Source of the DNA: Hydrolagus colliei
Lineage: Eukaryota
Direction of reading: 5' to 3'
DNA: 64,000 nt
Assembly: GCA_035084275.1 (NCBI GenBank)
Contig: CM068751.1
Location: forward strand, 20,708,001 to 20,772,000
In this document: in pieces, positions 61,301 to 64,000 of the stretch
Position numbering within the stretch: the first letter of the stretch is position 1
Layout of the letters: every line of letters starts with the position of its first letter
Notes under the pieces: model-generated
Database searches by the model: none
Seen by the model: the letters and a program-made list of their open reading frames with translations, nothing else
What the model was told of the DNA's origin: nothing
Position numbers and translations under genes: made by a program

Positions 61301-63748
61301 AGTGAACAGTGTTGGTACCTGTTGTTTCCCTGGTGGAAGATGGAATTGTTGTGGAAAGGATTGCAGTTGTAGACGGTTCTACTGTGGTGGCTTCAGCTGT
61401 GGCAATTGATGTTGTGACAATTTCTGCTGCAAATATGATTGGAAATGTGAATCAGACACACAGCTGCTCTTATTGATTATTATGCTGTATTGGGCAACAT
61501 CACAGATCAAGTAAATTATGATGTTTGGCGAATACATAGGCATTCACAATGCGTGATCTTAGAGCTAGTGCTGCAGATGATGAGTTTACATGTGTAGATG
61601 TGAGTGCGCTAATTACTATTGATAGTGTTAGTACCTGTTGTTTCCCTGGTGGAAGATGGAATTGTTGTGGAAGGGATTGCAGTTGTAGATGGTTCTACTG
61701 TGCTGGCTTCAGTTGTGGCAATTGATGATGTGACAGTTTCTGTTACAAAGATGGTTCAAAATTTGAATAAGAAAAACAAGTGTTCTTGTTGATCAAGTGG
61801 GAGATGCTCTCAGACATGGTTTCATATGTAGAGCAAAACCAAGATGATGCAACCTATGTAAGGCAAGCAAACATGCGGGACATCATAGATCAAATCTCCC
61901 AAATGGAAACCATCAAGTGAATAGTGTTGGTACCTGTTGTTTCCAAGGTGGAAGCTGGAATTGTTGTGGAAGGGATTGCAGTTGTGGATGGTTCTACTGT
62001 GCTGGCTTCAGTTGTGGCAATTGATGTTGTGACAATTTCTGCTGCAAATATGATTGGAAATGTGAATCAGACAAACAGCTGCTCTTATTGATTATTATGC
62101 TGTATTGGGCAACATCACAGATCAAGTAAATTATGATGTTTGGCCAATACATAGGCATTCACAATATGTGATCTTAGAGGTTGTGCTGCAGATGATGAGA
62201 TTACATGTGTAGATGTGAGTGCGCTAATTACTATTGATAGTGTTAGTACCTGTTGTTTCCCTGGTGGAAGATGGAATTGTTGCGGAACGGATTAAAGTTG
62301 TAGATGGTTCTACTGTGGTTGCTTCAGTTGTGGCAATTGATGTTGTGACAATTTCTGCTGCAAGGATTGGTTCAAAATGTGAATAAGATAAACTCGTGTT
62401 CTTAGTGATCAAATGAGAGAAGCTCACTGACATGTCTTCATATATAGAGGAAAACCAAGATGAAGCCACTAACATAACACAAGCAAACATATGGGACACC
62501 AAATGCCAACTCTCCCATCAAGTGAATAGTGTTGGTACCTGTTGTTTCCAAGGTGGAAGGTGGAATTGTTGTGGAAGGGATTGCAGTTGTAGATGGTTCT
62601 ACTGTGGTTGCTTCAGTTGTGGCAAATGATGTTGTGACAATTTCTGCTGCAAAGATGGTTTCAATGGGAATAAGATAAATAGATGCACGTATTGATGAAG
62701 TGTGAGATGCTCTCAGACATGGCTTCATATATCGAACAAAACCAAGATGAAGCCACAAATGTAAATCAAGCAAACACATAGGACACCAAAGGCCGACTCT
62801 CCCACCAACTGAATAGTGTTGGTACCTGTTGTTTCGAAGGTGGAATGTGGAATTGTTGTGGAAGTGATTGCCGTTGTAGATGATTCTACTGTGCTGGCTT
62901 CAGTTGTGGCAATTGATGTTGAGCCTATTTCTCCTGCAACGTTGATTAAAACAGAGATTGATAAAACATGTGGATTTATTTAAAGTAAAACTGTATTGTG
63001 GACAATTACTGTTCAGTGTCCACTAAATTATTATGTGTGGCAAATAAGTAGGCATCTGTCATGTGCGATGTTTGAGATGTTGCTGCAGATGACGTGATCA
63101 CTTTTGTAGATGTGTGTACTAATGCCCCTGATTCCATAATAACATTTGAAACTGATATGGCAGCAAATATCAGGAAATAGTGTAGTTGGTAAAATCAGTG
63201 AATTGAAATGATCAGATACATTGACCCAAATGTGGAGCCAAATCTCCATGAAGCCAATAATGTAAAATAGGCCAATATTTGGGACAGCAAAGGCCAACTC
63301 TCACAAATGGAATCCATCAAGTGAATAGTGTTGGTACCTGTTGTTTCCAAGGTGAAAGGTGGAATTGTTGTGGAAGGGATTGCAGTTGTAGATGGTTCTA
63401 CTGTGCTGGCTTCAGTTGTGGCAATTGATATTGTGACAATTTCTGCTGCAGAGATGATTAAAAACGTGAAAAATGATTAAAAAAATGATACGCTCTTATT
63501 GATCAAATTAGAGATGCTCTCAGACATGGCTTTATATATAGAGCAAAACCAAAATGAAGCCACTGAAGTAAAACAAGCCACCATGTGAGAAACCAAAGCC
63601 CAAGTGTCCCAAACAGAATCCATCAAGTGAATAGTGTTGCTACTTGTTGTTTCCCTGGTGGAAGATAGAATTGTTGTGGAAGGGATTACAATTGTAGATG
63701 GTTCTACTGTGGTGGCTTCAGTTGTGGCAATCGATGATGTGACATTTT
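1268..63748 (-). CDS. MUC4: MUC4-like giant transmembrane mucin, about 88 exons, 5'-partial, with duplicated NIDO-AMOP-VWD cassette
   Basis: Exons traced with GT/AG ends and matching phases. C-terminal [28 protein letters not shown] and [21 protein letters not shown] closely match human MUC4 as I recall it (CEHLSMKLDAFFGIFFGAL, VIDFLNNQL, MFGDPHITTLDGVSYTFNGLG). Confidence 0.88.
1775..1960 (+). mobile_element. Deu-type SINE, 5'-truncated
   Basis: gctgctgtgcgcaattggctgccgc core and ggattatatt tail. Confidence 0.75.
2079..2182 (-). CDS. MUC4: Cytoplasmic tail exon ([11 protein letters not shown]...[12 protein letters not shown])
   Basis: 104 nt, phase 1 to 0, AG/GT flanks, open frame. Confidence 0.75.
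2535..2700 (+). mobile_element. Deu-type SINE, truncated
   Basis: Same core, gctgctgtgcgcaatcggctgccgcgtttc. Confidence 0.75.
2735..2787 (-). CDS. MUC4: Cytoplasmic tail exon ([17 protein letters not shown])
   Basis: 53 nt, phase 2 to 1, ttctcacag acceptor, gtaagt donor. Confidence 0.75.
3456..3644 (-). CDS. MUC4: EGF end plus transmembrane helix exon
   Basis: [50 protein letters not shown], 189 nt, phase 2-2. Confidence 0.92.
3933..4101 (-). CDS. MUC4: Juxtamembrane EGF exon
   Basis: [15 protein letters not shown]...[25 protein letters not shown], 169 nt, phase 1-2. Confidence 0.9.
4135..4600 (-). mobile_element. L2 LINE 3' fragment
   Basis: [20 protein letters not shown]2 C-terminal motif and (GTT)n tail. 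Confidence 0.85.
4659..4861 (-). CDS. MUC4: SEA-like domain, C-terminal exon
   Basis: [29 protein letters not shown], 203 nt, phase 2-1. Confidence 0.88.
5554..5612 (-). CDS. MUC4: SEA-like domain, middle micro-exon ([19 protein letters not shown])
   Basis: Strong pyrimidine acceptor ttctctatctcttag, gttggt donor, supplies the needed phase 0 to 2 bridge. Confidence 0.7.
6615..6955 (-). mobile_element. tRNA-derived Deu-type SINE
   Basis: B-box gttcgaatcc, Deu core, ATT tail. Confidence 0.8.
6990..7102 (-). CDS. MUC4: SEA-like domain, N-terminal exon
   Basis: [37 protein letters not shown], 113 nt, phase 1-0. Confidence 0.85.
7594..7788 (-). CDS. MUC4: EGF exon
   Basis: [28 protein letters not shown]...[12 protein letters not shown], 195 nt, phase 1-1. 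Confidence 0.9.
8752..8868 (-). CDS. MUC4: Calcium-binding EGF exon, duplicated copy
   Basis: [38 protein letters not shown], 117 nt, phase 1-1. Confidence 0.85.
9069..9108 (-). pseudogene. Internally deleted fossil EGF exon (second copy at 10286-10325)
   Basis: Retains exon start GCAATGGAAT and end TGTAAAACAGAATTCACAG followed by gt, but acceptor is AC and the middle is missing. Confidence 0.65.
9969..10085 (-). CDS. MUC4: Calcium-binding EGF exon, duplicated copy
   Basis: Near-identical to 8752-8868, offset 1217. Confidence 0.85.
11186..11302 (-). CDS. MUC4: Calcium-binding EGF exon
   Basis: [22 protein letters not shown]..., 117 nt, phase 1-1. Confidence 0.88.
11703..11801 (-). CDS. MUC4: Calcium-binding EGF exon
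   Basis: [32 protein letters not shown], 99 nt. Confidence 0.88.
12395..12557 (-). CDS. MUC4: Cassette 2: EGF exon
   Basis: [15 protein letters not shown]...CFPGVNC...[13 protein letters not shown], phase 0-1. Confidence 0.9.
12770..13080 (+). mobile_element. Degenerate SINE remnants
   Basis: aaagatcccatggcattattt and two family tails (gtgaaaggcac, gtgaaagccgct...ggattatt). Confidence 0.5.
13679..13857 (-). CDS. MUC4: Cassette 2: post-VWD beta-sandwich and EGF start exon
   Basis: [10 protein letters not shown]...[24 protein letters not shown], phase 1-0. Confidence 0.9.
14516..14647 (-). CDS. MUC4: Cassette 2: post-VWD exon
   Basis: [19 protein letters not shown]...DLNLT, 132 nt, phase 1-1. 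Confidence 0.85.
15006..15245 (-). CDS. MUC4: Cassette 2: VWD C-terminal Cys-rich exon
   Basis: [11 protein letters not shown]...FQPIF...[24 protein letters not shown], 240 nt. Confidence 0.87.
15613..15714 (-). CDS. MUC4: Cassette 2: VWD exon
   Basis: [17 protein letters not shown]...YNYGET, 102 nt. Confidence 0.92.
16630..16809 (-). CDS. MUC4: Cassette 2: VWD exon
   Basis: ...[12 protein letters not shown]...[14 protein letters not shown], 180 nt. Confidence 0.92.
17231..17312 (-). CDS. MUC4: Cassette 2: VWD exon
   Basis: [27 protein letters not shown], 82 nt, phase 0-1. Confidence 0.88.
17747..17955 (-). CDS. MUC4: Cassette 2: VWD first exon with GDPH site (17933-17944)
   Basis: [23 protein letters not shown]...[11 protein letters not shown]. 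Confidence 0.95.
19158..19277 (-). CDS. MUC4: Cassette 2: AMOP last exon
   Basis: [39 protein letters not shown], 120 nt. Confidence 0.92.
19405..19545 (-). CDS. MUC4: Cassette 2: AMOP middle exon
   Basis: [36 protein letters not shown], 141 nt. Confidence 0.85.
19870..20480 (-). mobile_element. L2 LINE 3' fragment
   Basis: [20 protein letters not shown]...IQFIQNSA and [14 protein letters not shown]. Confidence 0.88.
21002..21184 (-). CDS. MUC4: Cassette 2: NIDO end and AMOP start exon
   Basis: [10 protein letters not shown]...[14 protein letters not shown]...SCPCTFSQG, 183 nt. Confidence 0.92.
21422..21510 (-). CDS. MUC4: Cassette 2: NIDO exon
   Basis: SGDGYFVND...[13 protein letters not shown], 89 nt, phase 2-1. 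Confidence 0.88.
21735..21865 (-). CDS. MUC4: Cassette 2: NIDO exon
   Basis: [21 protein letters not shown]...GMNWDV...VLIGFN. Confidence 0.93.
23017..23163 (-). CDS. MUC4: Cassette 2: NIDO exon
   Basis: EYITS...[14 protein letters not shown], 147 nt, phase 0-0. Confidence 0.9.
23959..24120 (-). CDS. MUC4: Cassette 2: NIDO exon
   Basis: [10 protein letters not shown]...[20 protein letters not shown], 162 nt. Confidence 0.92.
24225..24535 (-). mobile_element. Full-length tRNA-derived Deu-type SINE
   Basis: A-box tagctcagtgg, B-box ggttcaattcc, Deu core, ATT tail. Confidence 0.85.
24850..24983 (-). CDS. MUC4: Cassette 2: first NIDO exon
   Basis: [12 protein letters not shown]...[18 protein letters not shown], 134 nt, phase 1-0. 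Confidence 0.92.
25987..27495 (-). CDS. MUC4: Large single-exon internal PTS (mucin) domain
   Basis: 1509 nt open frame, phase 1-1, repeats [11 protein letters not shown] / [10 protein letters not shown] and PTTTTT, gtaaga donor. Confidence 0.9.
26030..27395. repeat. Coding VNTR: 30/33-bp units plus an 18-bp unit block near 26030-26125
   Basis: Recurrent gaagaactgatgattggtgctgttgtggtt and gtggtggtgggtgttgtt. Confidence 0.95.
27764..28124 (-). mobile_element. Full-length tRNA-derived SINE with 29-bp flanking direct repeats
   Basis: A and B boxes, Deu core, (TTA)n tail, repeats at 27734-27762 and 28125-28153. Confidence 0.9.
28350..28700 (+). mobile_element. Degenerate CR1-like LINE RT fragment
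   Basis: [10 protein letters not shown] resembles the CR1 motif LVRPHLEYCV; multiple stops. Confidence 0.6.
28770..28898 (-). CDS. MUC4: cbEGF exon, middle array
   Basis: [43 protein letters not shown]. Confidence 0.92.
29240..29362 (-). CDS. MUC4: cbEGF exon, middle array
   Basis: [41 protein letters not shown]. Confidence 0.92.
30603..30725 (-). CDS. MUC4: cbEGF exon, middle array
   Basis: [41 protein letters not shown]. Confidence 0.92.
31100..31339 (-). CDS. MUC4: Double cbEGF exon, middle array
   Basis: [12 protein letters not shown]...[12 protein letters not shown]...GNGTFCE, 240 nt. Confidence 0.93.
31806..31925 (-). CDS. MUC4: cbEGF exon, middle array
   Basis: [40 protein letters not shown]. 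Confidence 0.92.
32200..32600 (-). mobile_element. Degenerate CR1-like LINE 3' end
   Basis: [11 protein letters not shown]...IKTYLE resembles the CR1 ORF2 terminus. Confidence 0.5.
32866..32988 (-). CDS. MUC4: cbEGF exon, middle array
   Basis: [41 protein letters not shown]. Confidence 0.92.
33220..33345 (-). CDS. MUC4: cbEGF exon, middle array
   Basis: [42 protein letters not shown]. Confidence 0.92.
33590..33880 (-). mobile_element. L2-like 3' remnant
   Basis: Family tail and similarity to 45130-45375. Confidence 0.55.
34249..34429 (-). CDS. MUC4: Cassette 1: EGF exon
   Basis: [28 protein letters not shown]...[13 protein letters not shown], phase 0-1. Confidence 0.92.
34640..35250 (+). 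mobile_element. CR1 LINE 3' fragment
   Basis: LYKA...PHL...CVQFWS..YKK.I..ME..Q.RFTR.IP motif with frameshifts. Confidence 0.85.
35973..36157 (-). CDS. MUC4: Cassette 1: post-VWD beta-sandwich and EGF start exon
   Basis: [24 protein letters not shown]...[15 protein letters not shown], 185 nt. Confidence 0.9.
37473..37619 (-). CDS. MUC4: Cassette 1: post-VWD cadherin/Ig-like exon
   Basis: NFPPNITG...[15 protein letters not shown], 147 nt. Confidence 0.88.
37655..37895. other. Assembly gap (N run) inside an intron
   Basis: Run of N. Flanking exons join in phase, so no exon needs to be hidden in it. Confidence 0.98.
38127..38381 (-). CDS. MUC4: Cassette 1: VWD C-terminal Cys-rich exon
   Basis: [12 protein letters not shown]...[10 protein letters not shown]...[12 protein letters not shown], 255 nt. 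Confidence 0.9.
38526..38642 (-). CDS. MUC4: Cassette 1: VWD exon
   Basis: [17 protein letters not shown]...IFFDFGLT, 117 nt. Confidence 0.92.
39055..39219 (-). CDS. MUC4: Cassette 1: VWD exon
   Basis: ...[12 protein letters not shown]...[10 protein letters not shown], 165 nt. Confidence 0.92.
39533..39602 (-). CDS. MUC4: Cassette 1: VWD exon
   Basis: [23 protein letters not shown], 70 nt, phase 0-1. Confidence 0.88.
40049..40260 (-). CDS. MUC4: Cassette 1: VWD first exon with GDPH site (40238-40249)
   Basis: [28 protein letters not shown]...[10 protein letters not shown]. Confidence 0.95.
41031..41150 (-). CDS. MUC4: Cassette 1: AMOP last exon
   Basis: [39 protein letters not shown], 120 nt. 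Confidence 0.92.
41413..41643 (-). CDS. MUC4: Cassette 1: AMOP middle exon with Trp/Tyr-rich insert
   Basis: [21 protein letters not shown]...[26 protein letters not shown]..., 231 nt, phase 1-1. Confidence 0.85.
42286..42498 (-). CDS. MUC4: Cassette 1: NIDO end and AMOP start exon
   Basis: [11 protein letters not shown]...[10 protein letters not shown]...[15 protein letters not shown], 213 nt. Confidence 0.92.
42955..43073 (-). CDS. MUC4: Cassette 1: NIDO exon
   Basis: SGSKFSNTG...[13 protein letters not shown], 119 nt, phase 2-1. Confidence 0.87.
43394..43530 (-). CDS. MUC4: Cassette 1: NIDO exon
   Basis: [30 protein letters not shown]...ALMGYY. Confidence 0.93.
44113..44292 (-). CDS. 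MUC4: Cassette 1: NIDO exon
   Basis: VYDF...[17 protein letters not shown], 180 nt, phase 0-0. Confidence 0.9.
44684..45125 (+). mobile_element. tRNA-derived SINE interrupted by a 114-bp locally templated insert
   Basis: Head gagtcctgtagatcagtggttagagc, Deu core, (ATT)n tail. Confidence 0.85.
45130..45375 (-). mobile_element. L2-like 3' remnant
   Basis: cttcaaggccggtctcaagaccctcctcttcgaccg and family tail. Confidence 0.75.
45493..45666 (-). CDS. MUC4: Cassette 1: NIDO exon
   Basis: FSDNGLILF...[23 protein letters not shown], 174 nt. Confidence 0.92.
46613..46746 (-). CDS. MUC4: Cassette 1: first NIDO exon
   Basis: [12 protein letters not shown]...[24 protein letters not shown], 134 nt, phase 1-0. 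Confidence 0.92.
47397..47522 (-). CDS. MUC4: cbEGF exon, N-terminal array
   Basis: [42 protein letters not shown]. Confidence 0.92.
47730..48000 (-). mobile_element. L2 LINE 3' fragment
   Basis: [10 protein letters not shown]...[14 protein letters not shown] and (GTT)n tail. Confidence 0.85.
48546..48659 (-). CDS. MUC4: Notch-type EGF exon
   Basis: [37 protein letters not shown], 114 nt. Confidence 0.9.
48727..48810. repeat. Imperfect (CA)n microsatellite
   Basis: Direct reading. Confidence 0.85.
48919..49032 (-). CDS. MUC4: Notch-type EGF exon
   Basis: [38 protein letters not shown], 114 nt. Confidence 0.92.
49333..49443 (-). CDS. MUC4: Notch-type EGF exon
   Basis: [37 protein letters not shown], 111 nt. 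Confidence 0.92.
49825..49938 (-). CDS. MUC4: Notch-type EGF exon
   Basis: [38 protein letters not shown], 114 nt. Confidence 0.92.
50958..51068 (-). CDS. MUC4: Notch-type EGF exon
   Basis: [37 protein letters not shown], 111 nt. Confidence 0.92.
51290..51505 (-). mobile_element. Deu-type SINE, 5'-truncated
   Basis: Deu core and ATT tail on the minus strand. Confidence 0.8.
52118..52246 (-). CDS. MUC4: cbEGF exon
   Basis: [43 protein letters not shown]. Confidence 0.92.
52490..52603 (-). CDS. MUC4: EGF exon
   Basis: [37 protein letters not shown], 114 nt, phase 1-1. Confidence 0.88.
52732..52869 (-). CDS. MUC4: cbEGF exon
   Basis: [46 protein letters not shown]. Confidence 0.9.
52925..53235 (+). 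mobile_element. Full-length tRNA-derived Deu-type SINE
   Basis: tagctcattggttagagcg, ggttcaattcc, Deu core, ATT tail. Confidence 0.85.
53561..53836 (-). CDS. MUC4: Fibronectin type III exon
   Basis: PAFVRNIT...TSLAVIW...SYNVRL...[17 protein letters not shown], 276 nt, phase 1-1. Confidence 0.9.
54060..54500 (-). mobile_element. Degenerate CR1/L2 reverse transcriptase fragment
   Basis: DDAKLG...[11 protein letters not shown] resembles FADDTKL...LQ.DLD.L..W. Confidence 0.5.
54745..54993 (-). CDS. MUC4: Fibronectin type III exon (Cys-containing)
   Basis: TFTLRW...GYIVKI...[16 protein letters not shown], 249 nt, phase 1-1. Confidence 0.88.
55274..55432 (-). CDS. MUC4: Thr/Ser-rich linker exon
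   Basis: [22 protein letters not shown]...[11 protein letters not shown], 159 nt, phase 1-1. Confidence 0.75.
55848..55943 (-). CDS. MUC4: Ser/Thr-rich exon
   Basis: [31 protein letters not shown], 96 nt, phase 1-1. Confidence 0.78.
56249..63748 (-). CDS. MUC4: Array of 23 PTS mini-exons (108 or 105 nt, consensus [36 protein letters not shown])
   Basis: Low-coordinate ends at 56249, 56545, 57057, 57345, 57655, 57943, 58242, 58529, 58835, 59297, 59613, 59915, 60427, 60715 (donor lost), 61031, 61319, 61635, 61934, 62250, 62539, 62826, 63338, 63644. All phase 1-1; no stops seen in the copies I translated. Confidence 0.82.
60715..60822 (-). pseudogene. Probable pseudo-exon copy of the PTS mini-exon
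   Basis: Donor GT changed to GA (t at 60713 versus a at 57343 in its paralogue). Confidence 0.65.
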
Positions 63749-64000
63749 CTGTTGCAAAGATGGTTCAAAACATGAACAAGAAAAACAAGTGTTCTTGTTG
63801 ATCAAGTGGGAGATGCTCTCAGACATGGTTTCATATGTAGAGCAAAACCACGATGATGGAACATATGTAAGGTAAGCAAACATGTGGGACATCATAGCTC
63901 AAATCTCCCAAATGGAAACCATCAAGTGAATAGTGTTGGTACCTGTTGTTAAACTTGTGATGCAGATGAAGAGATTACATGTGTAGATGTGAGTGCGCTA

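Larger units (their letters stand above)
56190..64000. repeat. Tandem exon+intron array, unit about 287-316 bp (some about 460-512 bp), with higher-order duplication
   Basis: Recurrent gtacctgttgtttcc...aatttctgctgcaaagatg with several intron subtypes. Confidence 0.95.

Noticed and set aside
56190-64000. Regularly spaced repeats resembling a CRISPR array
   Set aside because: Eukaryotic context, repeats are spliceable coding exons, the spacers are themselves homologous, no cas genes

Overview
Vertebrate genomic DNA, AT-rich, with Deu-type tRNA-SINE, L2 and CR1 remnants that suggest a cartilaginous fish (inference). Almost the whole window is one very large multi-exon gene on the minus strand, a MUC4-like transmembrane mucin. 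Its 5' end lies beyond position 64000 and its stop codon is at 1268-1270. I traced about 88 GT-AG exons by hand with compatible phases, about 13.3 kb of CDS (about 4,400 aa) inside the window. N-to-C architecture: array of 108-nt PTS mini-exons, 2 S/T linker exons, 2 FN3, 9 EGF, cassette 1 (NIDO-AMOP-VWD with GDPH, Ig/cadherin-like, EGF), 8 cbEGF, one 1.5-kb PTS exon, cassette 2 (same module with a second GDPH), 4 cbEGF, EGF, SEA-like, EGF, TM, and an 86-aa tail spread over 4 exons. Unusual points: the exon-for-exon duplicated 16-exon MUC4 cassette with two autoproteolysis sites, two differently built PTS regions, a recognisable SEA-like domain with a MUC3/12/17-like tail end, a Trp/Tyr-rich insert in AMOP-1, and ongoing exon birth and death. 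Homology calls come from remembered motifs, not database searches. Most ORF-track entries are intronic noise or read-through of exons.
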